The position numbers and the translations under genes were made by a program. DNA of 50,577 bases from Acidimicrobiia bacterium (GTDB lineage: Bacteria; Actinomycetota; Acidimicrobiia; Spongiisociales; JAENVV01). Under the pieces are notes generated by a model. It was given only the letters and a program-made list of their open reading frames with translations, had not been told where the DNA came from and searched no databases. The stretch covers positions 62,001 to 112,577 of the forward strand of contig JBFGJH010000003.1 in NCBI GenBank assembly GCA_041577335.1, given 5' to 3'. Shown piece by piece: positions 18,920 through 28,893 of this stretch. Each line of letters opens with the position of its first letter. Positions within the stretch are counted from its first letter, which is position 1.

Positions 18920-20118
18920 GGACCGTCATAGCGGGCGGTGATGTGTTCGACGCTCATTCGGGAGGCTTCGAGTCCATGGATGTCGCCTTTGAGGCCGGTG
19001 TCATCACCGAGCTGGCGGCGGGCCTCGATGGAGACGTTCTTGTCGACGCCACCGGCTGTCAGCTACTCCCCGGTCTCATCGATGCCCACGTGCACGTGAT
19101 GATCTCGCACCTCGATCTCTATCGGCATGCGCACACGCCTTACTCCTATCGGTTCTACGACGCCATCAGCAATCTGGCTGACACGGTCATGGCGGGAGTG
19201 ACGACAGTGCGCGATGCCGGCGGAGCGGATCTCGGAGTGAAGCGGGCCGTCGAAGACGGGCTCGTCCTGGGCCCTCACATGCTCATTGCCGTCGGCATGA
19301 TTTCCCAGACCGGCGGGCACGGAGACGCCTGGCTGCCATCAGGGCAGCACCTTCGTCTACTCGCGGGGGGCCATCCGGGCGCACCGGCCACCGTGGTCGA
19401 CGGACCGGAGGAGGTGCGGCGGATCGTCCGCGAGTTGATCCGAAGCGGGGCGGATGTCATCAAGGTCGCTACCAGCGGTGGGGTTTTGTCGCCAGGCGAC
19501 GATCCCAAGCACGCCCATTTTCAGCCTGATGAGCTGGCGATGCTCATCGCCGAAGCGAACACGGCGGGGCGATGGGTGATGGCCCATGCCCAGGCCACCG
19601 ATGGCATCAAGAACGCCATCCGCGCCGGTGTCCGGTCCATAGAGCATGGGATCTATCTGGACGAGGAAGCGATCGGCATGATGCTGGAGCACGGGACGTT
19701 CCTCGTGCCGACGTTGATTGCCCCCACCGGGGTGATCGAAGCCGCCGAGGCGGGTGCAGCCGTCAATCCTGCCTCCGTCCAGAAGGCCAAGGAAGTCGTC
19801 GAGGTTCACAACGAATCATTTCGAATGGCAATCGAAGCCGGAGTGCGCGTCGCCATGGGCACCGACACCGGCGTGACACCCCACGGCAACAACCTCAAGG
19901 AGCTGGCTTTGATGGTGGCCGGTGGAATGAGCCCGATTGACGCGCTCACCGCCGCAACCGCCACCGCGGCCGAGTTGCTGGGAATCGACCACGTGGCAGG
20001 CTCGATCGATGCGGGCAAGAGGGCCGACCTGGTTCTGGTGGCCGGCGACGCCACAGATCTCCATGCCCTCCCCAGCAATATCGTCGGCGTGTGGAAGGTG
20101 GGTGACCGGGTTCGATAG
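18916..20118 (+). CDS. Metal-dependent amidohydrolase (Xaa-Pro dipeptidase-like subgroup)
   Basis: PGLIDAHVH, GVTTVRDAGG, TGGHGD, IKV, MAHA, SIEHG, MGTD, GKRADLV. Confidence 0.92.
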   Translation: MRTVIAGGDVFDAHSGGFESMDVAFEAGVITELAAGLDGDVLVDATGCQLLPGLIDAHVHVMISHLDLYRHAHTPYSYRFYDAISNLADTVMAGVTTVRDAGGADLGVKRAVEDGLVLGPHMLIAVGMISQTGGHGDAWLPSGQHLRLLAGGHPGAPATVVDGPEEVRRIVRELIRSGADVIKVATSGGVLSPGDDPKHAHFQPDELAMLIAEANTAGRWVMAHAQATDGIKNAIRAGVRSIEHGIYLDEEAIGMMLEHGTFLVPTLIAPTGVIEAAEAGAAVNPASVQKAKEVVEVHNESFRMAIEAGVRVAMGTDTGVTPHGNNLKELALMVAGGMSPIDALTAATATAAELLGIDHVAGSIDAGKRADLVLVAGDATDLHALPSNIVGVWKVGDRVR

Positions 20119-20162
20119 GGCGGACCCCTCTCCCGATCCCCGCCCCGTGGCTTGGCGCCTTT

Positions 20163-20573
20163 CTATGCGAACTCGGGCACAACTCCTAGCTGCTGCATCA
20201 TGCCGAGGTCGTCGACTGCGATCCATGTCTCAGCTAGCTGATTGCCGGAGTACCTCGAGAAAGAGATCCCGGCGATCACCACGGTCTTGCCCGTCGCGAG
20301 AATGTTGCGAAACTCTCCTTGGTGAGTTCCGCTGGCTGTCCAGCGTGTGGACACCAGGTCGCCTTGCTCGATCCACTCATGAAATTCGATGTGGAAGTCC
20401 GGAAATGCCTTGGATACCTCTTTGACCCATGCCCGTACCTCGGCTTGTCCTTTGAGCGGGTTGTGCGGGCTGTGACTCACGTGGTTTTCGGTATACAACT
20501 CATCGATCACATCGAGGTCGCCTTCGTCCCAAAGGCGGCCCAGTAGTTCGATCGTGCGTTCTGCGCGGCTCAT
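20163..20573 (-). CDS. SnoaL-like ester cyclase family protein
   Basis: AFPDFH, GDLVSTRWTASGTHQGEF..I.ATGK. ATG at 20573 with an AAGGAGG RBS. Confidence 0.9.
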   Translation of the reverse strand: MSRAERTIELLGRLWDEGDLDVIDELYTENHVSHSPHNPLKGQAEVRAWVKEVSKAFPDFHIEFHEWIEQGDLVSTRWTASGTHQGEFRNILATGKTVVIAGISFSRYSGNQLAETWIAVDDLGMMQQLGVVPEFA

Positions 20574-20836
20574 TGAGCCTCCTTCTTGTGGAGCGTGGCA
20601 TTGTTGCGTTTTGGCTCGTCGAGGAACCACCTCCTCGGACGACCACCCACTCTCCACCCTCGCGCTGCTCGGTGGGCGACGTCAAGGAGGATTCGCTTTC
20701 GATCTGTGCGGGCCACCGATGTTGGCACTCGCCCTTCCAACGATCTGCCGCCTCCGGGCTCGGCAGTCAACGTCGCTTCCAGATCGGCACACTCGAATTG
20801 AGTAGGGTCTGGGCCAGTCATCAATGGAGGGAACAC

Positions 20837-21118
20837 ATGACGGAACCGGCACGCTATGCCGAGGAAAGCCAGGCAACCATCATCCTCGTGCTGGGCATCC
20901 TCAGCCTCGTGATCTGCGGTCTGCTCGGACCGGTCGCCTGGGTGATGGGCAACAACGAGGTGCAGGCAGTGGACGCCGGACGGAGGCCTCCCGAGGGCCG
21001 CCAAATGGCCAACATCGGAAGGATCCTCGGAATCATCGCCACGGCGCTCATCGTCCTCGGCATCCTCTTCTTCATCGTCGTCATCGCCATCGGAGGGCTC
21101 AGCGCAGCTACCTCATGA
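20837..21118 (+). CDS. DUF4190 domain membrane protein
   Basis: LVLGILSL.ICG..GPVAW.MG...GRQMA..G.ILGII; GGAGG RBS. Confidence 0.85.
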   Translation: MTEPARYAEESQATIILVLGILSLVICGLLGPVAWVMGNNEVQAVDAGRRPPEGRQMANIGRILGIIATALIVLGILFFIVVIAIGGLSAATS

Positions 21119-21510
21119 ACCTCCTCACCCGCTGGTTTGGATCGTTTTGGCTGAGCCCGGCTTTGGTCGGGCTCGGCCTGGCGAGCCTTGCCGCGGTGGG
21201 GCCAGTCGGGGACGGCGTGGGCTTGTGCCCCTATCGGAACCTGCTGGGAGTGGCATGTCCGGGGTGCGGTCTGTCACGAGCGACGTCGTCGATGCTGAAC
21301 GGTGACGTGTCGGTGGCGATGGCCTATCACCCGTTGGTCCCGCTGTTCGTTGCTCAAGCCGTTGTTGGATCGGTCATGTGGGTCGGCCACAAGCGCGGCT
21401 GGTGGTCCGTGAGCCGACGTTCTGTCGCCATTCTCGGAGTCGTAAACATCGTGCTGCTGTCGGCGGTGTGGTTGGTGAGGGCGGCCAGCGGGACGTTGCC
21501 TCCCGTCTGA
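21115..21510 (+). CDS. DUF2752 domain protein
   Basis: CPYRNLLGVACPGCGLSRA...YHPL motif; ATGA overlap. Confidence 0.88.
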   Translation: MNLLTRWFGSFWLSPALVGLGLASLAAVGPVGDGVGLCPYRNLLGVACPGCGLSRATSSMLNGDVSVAMAYHPLVPLFVAQAVVGSVMWVGHKRGWWSVSRRSVAILGVVNIVLLSAVWLVRAASGTLPPV

Positions 21511-21515
21511 ATCGA

Positions 21516-22664
21516 TCAGAGAAGTGACCCAAGGGTCTTGATCCCCGTCTCGATCTGATCAGGGGTTGCCACCGAGTAGCTGAGGCGCATCGTGTTGGCC
21601 TTTGGCTCTGCAGGATGAAAGGGCCCTCCTGGCACGAACGCCACCCCCCGCTCAACTGCCTCGGGCAACAGCGCCATCGCGTCGATCTCGGGGCTCAGGG
21701 TGGCCCAGATGAACATCCCGCCCCGCGGCCGGGTCCAGGTCGCCGAAGACGGAAAGTGCTCGTCCAGTGCGGACAGCATGAGGTTTCGCTGAGATGAGTA
21801 GTGCCGGCGAACCGCTTGGAGGTGCTCGGCCAAGAATCGGTCGTCGAGCAGGGCGGCGGTCACTGCTTGGGTGAAAGTGCTCGTGTGGAGGTCGGCCGCC
21901 TGTTTGGCACGGTTCAGTAGCGTCATCGCCTGATCGGGCGCGATGAGCCAGCCGAGTCGGAACCCCGGCACGAGCGTCTTCGAGAATGATCCTGCGTGGA
22001 TGACGTGGTCTGGGTCGAGCTCGTGCATCGTCGGGACTGCGTCGCCCTCGAATCGCAACTCTCGATAGGGGTCGTCTTCGTAGATCAATGCGTCGTACCG
22101 GCGGGCGAGGTCCACGATTGCCCGCCGGCGCTCTCGGGACATCGTGGTGCCAGTTGGATTCGCGAACGTCGGGTTGACGTACAGAAAGCGGGCTCCGCCC
22201 TTCAGCTGTGTTTCCACCGCGACGGGATCCATGCCCTCGTGGTCGGACGCCACCGCTCGGTAGTCGGGCTCGTAGACGTCGAGCGCGCGAAGGGCGCCCA
22301 TGTAGGTCGGGGACTCGACGATTACCCGATCGCCTGGATCGATCATGAGTTTGCCGACGAGGTCGAGACCTTGTTGTGAACCAGACACGATCAACACATC
22401 TTCTGGAGATGGGTCGCCGGGGCTCCGGGCGGCGATCCATTCGCGGAGTCGACGATCTCCGCTGGTCGCCGAGTACTGGAGCGCTCCGCGGTTGTCGTCG
22501 GTGAGGACCTGGGACGCTGCCTCGCGGATCCGAGCAACCGGGAACAGGCCGGGCGCCGGGAGCCCGCCGGCAAACGAAATCACGTGCGGCTGCTGAGTCA
22601 GCTCGAGAATCTCGCGGATGGTTGAAGGCTTGATGTGAGCGGCGCGCTTGGCAAATCGCGGCAT
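21516..22664 (-). CDS. PLP-dependent aminotransferase class I (LysN/MocR-like)
   Basis: ISFAGGLP, NPTFANPTG, EDDPY, GSFSKTLVPGFRLGW. Confidence 0.93.
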   Translation of the reverse strand: MPRFAKRAAHIKPSTIREILELTQQPHVISFAGGLPAPGLFPVARIREAASQVLTDDNRGALQYSATSGDRRLREWIAARSPGDPSPEDVLIVSGSQQGLDLVGKLMIDPGDRVIVESPTYMGALRALDVYEPDYRAVASDHEGMDPVAVETQLKGGARFLYVNPTFANPTGTTMSRERRRAIVDLARRYDALIYEDDPYRELRFEGDAVPTMHELDPDHVIHAGSFSKTLVPGFRLGWLIAPDQAMTLLNRAKQAADLHTSTFTQAVTAALLDDRFLAEHLQAVRRHYSSQRNLMLSALDEHFPSSATWTRPRGGMFIWATLSPEIDAMALLPEAVERGVAFVPGGPFHPAEPKANTMRLSYSVATPDQIETGIKTLGSLL

Positions 22665-22732
22665 CGGAAGATGGTACCCATCACGTGCATCCCTGCGGTC
22701 TCTCGGCTCATCGGATGCGTATGTTTGAGATC

Positions 22733-23410
22733 GTGACCAGAGTTGCGGTGACGGCCTGTAACGATCGAGCTGACGGAATGGCGGCCGAGCTCGTCGCCGT
22801 GGGCTTCCGCCCTGTTGTCCTTCCGTGCACAGTCGCGCGGGCCGGTGCGATGGAGGACATTGCTCGAATGCGAGGCGCCTGCGAAGAAGTGGATCTCATC
22901 GTGCTCGACAGCCTCCGACCGGTCGAGCTGTTGTGGCCGCACGGCGCGCTTCCGTCGGTGCCTTTCGCAGTTTCTTCCGAGGCGATCGCGGTCGGGGTGG
23001 CGACGCGAGGAGGCTCGGTCAGATGGATGGGGAGCGGGAGTTGCCTCGACCTCGTGGTCTCGCTCGACGCCGGAATGGCCGACCGGACTGTTGCCTTCCC
23101 TCACGCAGTCGACACGGATCCACGTTCCATCATGTCTCTGGCTGATGCCGCCCGATCGCTCGTGTCGGCACCCGTCTACGCCAATCACCCGGTCGCTCCA
23201 CCAGCTACCCCTGTGGATGCTGCGGTCTTCGTGTCAGCACTTGCCGTGCACGGTTGGGCTATCACGAGATCGTTCACCGGGATCAGTGTTGGTGTGCTGG
23301 GAGCCCAGACCCGAGCGGCCTTGGATCGGTACGACCGACGGCCCGATGTCGAGACCCGCGCTACCGCTTACAGTGACCTATCGCAGGCCTTGGCCCGCTA
23401 TCTTGCATGA
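22733..23410 (+). CDS. Uroporphyrinogen-III synthase (HemD)-like protein, divergent
   Basis: RVAVT start, G..PV.LP, PVY, DAAVFVSALAV, G.QT..AL pattern. Alternative ATG at 22721. Confidence 0.6.
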   Translation: MTRVAVTACNDRADGMAAELVAVGFRPVVLPCTVARAGAMEDIARMRGACEEVDLIVLDSLRPVELLWPHGALPSVPFAVSSEAIAVGVATRGGSVRWMGSGSCLDLVVSLDAGMADRTVAFPHAVDTDPRSIMSLADAARSLVSAPVYANHPVAPPATPVDAAVFVSALAVHGWAITRSFTGISVGVLGAQTRAALDRYDRRPDVETRATAYSDLSQALARYLA

Positions 23411-23441
23411 ACCGTCGCTGGTTTCACGCTTGTTTGAGCGT

Positions 23442-23993
23442 ATGCCTAAACTGTCGCCCACCCAAGAACGGAAAGCCGTGGAAGACCGAACTGTTCGCAA
23501 GGCAACGCGTAAACCAGTTGGTGAACTCGCCGTCCTGTCGGTGTCGCCGGGTATCCGGACAGAAGTGATGCACTTCCGAACCGAGGCGAGCGAAGAATTC
23601 ATCGATCTCACTGAGATCGTGCGCGAAGTTGTGCAGCGATCGGAAGTCCGCCACGGCCAGGTGACAATTCACACGCCGCACACCACCACCACGATCGCCG
23701 TCAACGAGTCGGAAACGGGGTTCATCAACGACTTCCGCCGCCGGGTCGAAGCGGTCATCCCCAAAGACTCGTACTACGAGCATGACGACTGGGATGTCCG
23801 GACCGAGAACGTCCAGGAAGACGAGCTCGTGAACGGACAGTCGCACGTCCGGCAGATGTTCGTCGGCTCTTCCAGTGTCTCCGTGCCCATCGTCGATGGT
23901 GAGGTGCTGTTGGGCCAATGGCAGCGAGTGCTTTACGTCGAGCTCGATCAGCCTCGCGATCGCCGCGCCATCATCCACGCCCAAGGCGTCTAG
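23442..23993 (+). CDS. yjbQ: YjbQ/UPF0047 family (secondary thiamine-phosphate synthase) protein
   Basis: HTTTTIAVNE, YEHD, NGQSH, LGQWQRVLYVELDQPRDR. Confidence 0.88.
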   Translation: MPKLSPTQERKAVEDRTVRKATRKPVGELAVLSVSPGIRTEVMHFRTEASEEFIDLTEIVREVVQRSEVRHGQVTIHTPHTTTTIAVNESETGFINDFRRRVEAVIPKDSYYEHDDWDVRTENVQEDELVNGQSHVRQMFVGSSSVSVPIVDGEVLLGQWQRVLYVELDQPRDRRAIIHAQGV

Positions 23994-24018
23994 GGCCGCG
24001 ACCGAGTCGGCCTCCGGC

Positions 24019-24067
24019 CCGACACCCGACTCGAGAGTTCCGACTCAGGACTCGCGAATCAGGACTC
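24019..24067. repeat. Degenerate heptamer tandem repeat (NNGANTC)x7
   Basis: ccgacac|ccgactc|gagagtt|ccgactc|aggactc|gcgaatc|aggactc. Confidence 0.7.
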
Positions 24068-24216
24068 CCACATCCTTCTGAGGCTCGAATTCAACCCCGA
24101 GCAGAGGCGTGATTCGCCGGCTTGAGGGGCAGTTGAGCTCCCAGGTTGGAACCGGCTGTTTGGGGTTTCCCGAGTTCGCCCGAACGAACGAATATCCGCT
24201 TTCGCTGGGCGGAATG

Positions 24217-24232
24217 GTTAAAAGCGTGTAAA
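24217..24232. promoter_or_regulatory. Possible GlnR-type box upstream of aapJ
   Basis: Minus-strand TTTAC-N6-TTAAC (AC-N9-AC) in an AT-rich patch overlapping a TAAATT -10-like hexamer. Confidence 0.25.
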
Positions 24233-24280
24233 TTGCCTCCGGCTGGAGCCAAGCCTCCGGCAAACCCTAAGAGGAGAGCT

Positions 24281-25408
24281 ATGAGTAAGAAAATTCGGGC
24301 GATTCTGTTGCCTCTCGTGGTCTTGGCCATGATTGCAGCTGCCTGTACATCAGATACGAGCGACACCACCGTCGCTGAAACGACCGGCGACACCGAGGCA
24401 CCCGCCGCAGCTGCCCAAACCGAGGGCAGCACCCTTCAGGCCGTGATCGACCGCGGCACCCTCCGTTGTGGAGTGGGCGGTTCGGCGCCTGGTTTCTCGG
24501 AAACCCAGCCTGACGGTTCCGTCACCGGCCTCGATGCTGACTACTGCCGCGCTGTTGCTGCAGCCGTTCTCGGCGACGCCAACGCAGTCGAGTTCGTCGA
24601 AACGACGGCTGCAGAGCGCTTCTCGGTTCTGAGCGCAGGTGAGATCGATGTTCTGATGAGGAACACCACCTTCACCCAAACGCGTGACACCACGCTCGGT
24701 CTCGACTTCGGTCCCACGACCTACTTCGACGGTCAGGGCCTCATGGGTACGGCTGCCGACGGCTTCACGCCCGAGTCCACTCTTGCGGACATCGACGGCG
24801 CCGTGCTGTGTACCAATGCCGGTACCACCACCGAGAAGAACATCACCGAGGGCGCTGCCGTGTTCGGTGTCACCATCGAGCTCCGTACCACTGAGCAGTT
24901 CCCGGAAGCGATCGAGGGCCTCAAGGCCGGCGACTGTGACTTGGTTACGACCGACGCTTCGGGTCTGTACGGCAACCGTGCGCAAGCCCTGGCTGCCGGC
25001 GACATTGCTGAAGGCGACTGGGTGATCTTCCCACCCGCGCCGATCTCGAAAGAGCCACTCGGTCCGGTGTATCGCCAGAACGACAGTCAGTGGGCCGATA
25101 TCATCGACTGGACCGTATTCGCCACCTTCATCGCCGACGAGAAGGGTGTGAACTCGGGGAACGTCGACGATGTGATCGCAGATGCTGAGATCGACCCGGA
25201 ATTGGGCCGTCTCCTCGGCGTAGGTGAGGATGAGCTGCAGACGGGCATGGGCCTGCCGGCAGACGCCTTCTATCAGGTCATCAGCCAGGTTGGTAACTAC
25301 GACGAGATCTTCGTCAACAACTTGGATGAGCTGAAGATCGTCCGTGACGGCTCCTTCAACGTTCAGTGGAGTGACGGCGGCCTCATCTACGCGCCTCCTG
25401 CCCGCTAG
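24281..25408 (+). CDS. aapJ: General L-amino acid ABC transporter substrate-binding lipoprotein (AapJ/BztA)
   Basis: Lipobox IAAAC; DYCRAVAAAVLGD, GEIDVLMRNTT, ISKEPLGP, QVGNYDEIF, GGLIYAPP; GAGGAG RBS. Confidence 0.93.
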   Translation: MSKKIRAILLPLVVLAMIAAACTSDTSDTTVAETTGDTEAPAAAAQTEGSTLQAVIDRGTLRCGVGGSAPGFSETQPDGSVTGLDADYCRAVAAAVLGDANAVEFVETTAAERFSVLSAGEIDVLMRNTTFTQTRDTTLGLDFGPTTYFDGQGLMGTAADGFTPESTLADIDGAVLCTNAGTTTEKNITEGAAVFGVTIELRTTEQFPEAIEGLKAGDCDLVTTDASGLYGNRAQALAAGDIAEGDWVIFPPAPISKEPLGPVYRQNDSQWADIIDWTVFATFIADEKGVNSGNVDDVIADAEIDPELGRLLGVGEDELQTGMGLPADAFYQVISQVGNYDEIFVNNLDELKIVRDGSFNVQWSDGGLIYAPPAR

Positions 25409-25429
25409 ACAGAAACAAAGAAATACTCG

Positions 25430-25463
25430 ATTAGTAGGGGGCGCTTCGGCGCCCCCTACTAAT
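25430..25463. terminator. Intercistronic 15-bp stem-loop with C(UUCG)G tetraloop
   Basis: ATTAGTAGGGGGCGC-TTCG-GCGCCCCCTACTAAT, a perfect inverted repeat between aapJ and aapQ. Confidence 0.85.
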
Positions 25464-25488
25464 GTCAATTTCCAGTGAGGAGATCTGT

Positions 25489-27045
25489 TTGGCTTCGGTG
25501 ATCGAGCGGCAACCCAGGCCACCGCTGTGGCGCGACGTTCGCGTCCTCAAGTGGGTGGTCCAGTTTGTGATCCTGGGCGGAGTCATCGCCCTCATCGTCG
25601 GCCTCATCGTCACTGCGCAGAACAATGTGGCCGCCCAAAGCCAGACGATTTCGTTCGATTTTCTCTCTCGGCCGATCGGTATCACGCTTTCGGAGGGCTT
25701 CAACACCCTCCCTGACTCGGCGATCCAGGCGCTGGGCGTCGGCATGGTCAACATGTTTCGGCTCATGTGGACAGGGATTCTCGCCGCGACCGTTCTCGGC
25801 ACCATCATCGGTGTGGCCCGGTTGTCGAGCAACTGGATCGTCAACAAGACCGCCACCGGGTACATCGAGCTCATCCGCAACATCCCGCTACTGGTACAGA
25901 TCATCTTCTGGCAGGTCGCCATCCGACTCCTCGGCGAGGCAACCGCGGAGAAAGCCATCGGGGTTCCGTTCGGAGACGAGACGTTGCTTTTCTTCAGTGC
26001 CAAGGGTTTCGCATTCCCGTGGATGAACCCGACCACAACGAGATGGCAGTGGGCCGGCTTCATGGTTGGCGGCCTCATCGCCACGTATTTCGTCTACAAG
26101 TGGCGAATCCGCGTTCAGGAATCGGGTCGGGGAGAAGCCCACGTCGGCTTGTGGGTGACGGCTGCGATTATCGTATCGGCCATCATCGGCTGGTGGGCGC
26201 ATCCGTTGATGGGGTTCGTCGGCGTCATTTTCGGGGCCCTCGAATCCCTGGCCGCCAACATCCCGACCATCTTGCTTCAGCTGATTCTGGCGGGGGTGTC
26301 GATTCTGCTCGGGTATCTGGTCATCCGTCAGCGCCTCAACACGCTGCGGACACCGAGCGGCTATGGGAAGTTCTCCGACGACGACTGGTATCGCATTATC
26401 ATGGCCGGCCTGGTCGGCCTGTTGGGTGCCGTCTTCTTCCTGCTGGTGCCGCAGGTTTCAGAGATCATCCTCGGTAGGGCCGATCTATTCGGCAAGTCGG
26501 TCGGCGCCGAGCGAATCTTCAACGAGATCGCGGTGCGATTCTCGTTCAGTGCTACCGAGGCCCCGTTCGACCCCAACCTGCCTCGCATCGCCGAGGGCCG
26601 GTTCACGAACTACGACCCCGAATTCGGCAAGGTTGTCTCGATCGGCTTCGCCGCCATGTGGCTGGGCCTCGTGATCTACACCGCCGCCTTCATCGGCGAG
26701 GCCGTTCGAGCAGGCGTCCTGGCGGTCGCCAAGGGACAGACCGAAGCCGGCTTGGCCATTGGGCTGAGGCGCTCTCAGCTCCTCCGAATGATCGTCCTGC
26801 CGCAGGCCTTCCGTGTGGTTCTCCCTCCCATCGGCAACCAGTACCTCAACCTCGCCAAGAACACGTCCCTCGCCATCGCCGTCGGCTATTCCGACTTGGT
26901 CCAAGTGGGCGGCACGGTGTACAACCAGACCGGCCAGACTCTGGTGGTCTTCCTCATCTGGATGGGTTTCTATTCGTTGGTGAGCCTCACCCTCTCGTCG
27001 GGAGTCAACTATTGGAATAACAAGCTCAAGCTGGTGGAGCGCTGA
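25489..27045 (+). CDS. aapQ: Amino acid ABC transporter permease (AapQ/BztB)
   Basis: GVARLSSNW, YIELIRNIPLLVQ, EAA loop KGQTEAGLAIG, NQYLNLAKNTSLAIAVGY. TTG 25489 follows GAGGAG. Confidence 0.92.
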   Translation: MASVIERQPRPPLWRDVRVLKWVVQFVILGGVIALIVGLIVTAQNNVAAQSQTISFDFLSRPIGITLSEGFNTLPDSAIQALGVGMVNMFRLMWTGILAATVLGTIIGVARLSSNWIVNKTATGYIELIRNIPLLVQIIFWQVAIRLLGEATAEKAIGVPFGDETLLFFSAKGFAFPWMNPTTTRWQWAGFMVGGLIATYFVYKWRIRVQESGRGEAHVGLWVTAAIIVSAIIGWWAHPLMGFVGVIFGALESLAANIPTILLQLILAGVSILLGYLVIRQRLNTLRTPSGYGKFSDDDWYRIIMAGLVGLLGAVFFLLVPQVSEIILGRADLFGKSVGAERIFNEIAVRFSFSATEAPFDPNLPRIAEGRFTNYDPEFGKVVSIGFAAMWLGLVIYTAAFIGEAVRAGVLAVAKGQTEAGLAIGLRRSQLLRMIVLPQAFRVVLPPIGNQYLNLAKNTSLAIAVGYSDLVQVGGTVYNQTGQTLVVFLIWMGFYSLVSLTLSSGVNYWNNKLKLVER

Positions 27046-28880
27046 TGGAACAGAAGCAGTATCCAGTCTCGATCGATCTCGGTATACCCGAGAGCGCCGC
27101 CGCCCCTGAGCCTCCTCCTTCCGGGCCGTGGGTGTGGATGAGGACGAACCTGTTCTCGAGTCCCTTCAATAGCGTTTTGTCGGTCGTGACGGTCGCACTC
27201 CTCGCCGCGGTGGTCCATGGCGTGATCGGCTGGGCGATCGACGAAGGCCGCTTGTGGCGCGCCGTGGGTCAGAACTCTCGCCTGCTGATGGTCCAGGCAT
27301 ACCCCGTTGAACATTTCTGGCGAGTGTGGGTCTCGGTTGGTTCGGTTGCGGTGCTGGCAGGGCTGTCGTTCGCGTACTTCCGGGTTGGGTCCAAGATCGC
27401 CTGGCGTGATCTGAGCCGCATCAGCATGGCATTCGGGGCTGTGCTGTCGTTGGTGTCCCTATCGACGATGTTTCACTTCCTCGCTGCCGATCGCACGCCA
27501 CGACTCACCATCCTGGCGCTTGTTGTGGGACTGATACTGATTTTTGTCCCCCGGATGTACACCGCCCGACTCGGTGACGCCGCCAAGGAGCCAACGATTC
27601 CCACGATGGGCCTGGTCGCGCTGGGCTTGCTTGTCCTCATTGGCCTCATCTGGATCGCCCAGGCTCCTGTGCCGGGTGTATCGGAAGAGGGCTTCAACAT
27701 CGATGTGTGGGAGCCGATCGCCACGAGCACCAAGCTCCCATGGACGGTTGTGATTCTGTCCGGTATCGCCGCTTTTGGAATTGGGACTGTCCTTCGGGAT
27801 CGCGTTGAGGGGCTGCGCCAGGTCCTCATTTCGGCGTGGGTGCTCTCCGCACCGATCATCTACATGATCCTCTTCCGGGGACCCGATATCGACTGGCCAG
27901 AAGTTCTGACCCTCGATCTCCCTGTTTGGCTGGGGTTCAGCGTCTTGGGTGGCCTCTTCCTGCGATGGGCCGCCGATGACAAGTCCGGCGAGCTGGGTCG
28001 CTTCTTGTCGGGTGCGATCTTCGTGGTGGGCCTGGCGTCGCTGCTCTTCATTGACACCCTGATGCTGTTCAAGGTGTCAACCATTGCGCTCGGAACGTTC
28101 GGAATGCTCGCCCCCACGTTCGGTGGCTCTCCGGCAGCACGTCGGCAATTCCTGATTGGCTGGGCATCCTCGATGCTGGTGATCGTGGTGATCTTCCGCA
28201 TGGCCGACTCGGCGTCTGCCCTCGGTTTCCGAGGCTCGAACTTCCTCGGAGGCCTTGCCTTGACCTTCGCTCTTGCCATATTCGGCATCGCCCTGTCATT
28301 CCCGCTCGGGGTGGTGCTGGCGCTGGGCCGAACATCGACGATGCCGATTTTGCGGACGGTATGCACCTTCTACATCGAGCTGGTGCGCTCGGTCCCTCTG
28401 ATCACATGGCTGTTTGCTTCAGCGAACCTGTTCCAACTGTTCATACCGGGCGGCCTCGAGGTCGACAACGTCGTGCGAGCAATCGGCGCCATCACGTTGT
28501 TCTCGGCCGCCTACCTGGCGGAGAACGTACGCGGCGGCCTCCAGTCGATTGGCAAGGGCCAATACGAGGCGGCCGATGCACTCGGGATGTCTGTGGTACA
28601 GAAGACTTCATTCATCATCCTGCCCCAGGCTCTGAAGGCCGTGATTCCCGCGTTGGTCGGCCAGGTGATCTCCCTGTTCAAGGACACGTCCTTGGTGGCG
28701 ATCATCGGCCTCTTCGATCTGCTGCTCATCGCCAAGAACGTCATTCCGGGCCAGAGCCAATTCCTCGGCTCGTTCATGGAGGCGATCGTGGCGGTGGCCG
28801 TGATCTACTGGGTCTTCACATTTGCATTCTCTCGGGCCTCGCTGCGTCTTGAAAAGCGCCTCGGCCTCGGAACCCGTTAG
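27045..28880 (+). CDS. aapM: Amino acid ABC transporter permease (AapM/BztC), extended
   Basis: [47 protein letters not shown]. Confidence 0.92.
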   Translation: MEQKQYPVSIDLGIPESAAAPEPPPSGPWVWMRTNLFSSPFNSVLSVVTVALLAAVVHGVIGWAIDEGRLWRAVGQNSRLLMVQAYPVEHFWRVWVSVGSVAVLAGLSFAYFRVGSKIAWRDLSRISMAFGAVLSLVSLSTMFHFLAADRTPRLTILALVVGLILIFVPRMYTARLGDAAKEPTIPTMGLVALGLLVLIGLIWIAQAPVPGVSEEGFNIDVWEPIATSTKLPWTVVILSGIAAFGIGTVLRDRVEGLRQVLISAWVLSAPIIYMILFRGPDIDWPEVLTLDLPVWLGFSVLGGLFLRWAADDKSGELGRFLSGAIFVVGLASLLFIDTLMLFKVSTIALGTFGMLAPTFGGSPAARRQFLIGWASSMLVIVVIFRMADSASALGFRGSNFLGGLALTFALAIFGIALSFPLGVVLALGRTSTMPILRTVCTFYIELVRSVPLITWLFASANLFQLFIPGGLEVDNVVRAIGAITLFSAAYLAENVRGGLQSIGKGQYEAADALGMSVVQKTSFIILPQALKAVIPALVGQVISLFKDTSLVAIIGLFDLLLIAKNVIPGQSQFLGSFMEAIVAVAVIYWVFTFAFSRASLRLEKRLGLGTR

Positions 28881-28893
28881 GAAAGGAACAAGC

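Noticed and set aside
22815..23441. Long N-terminal extension of yjbQ
   Set aside because: Overlaps the HemD-like CDS in another frame; YjbQ homology is confined to the C-terminal part.
24068..24280. Riboswitch or T-box in the aapJ leader
   Set aside because: Only short hairpins; no glycine, SAM, lysine or T-box consensus recognised.
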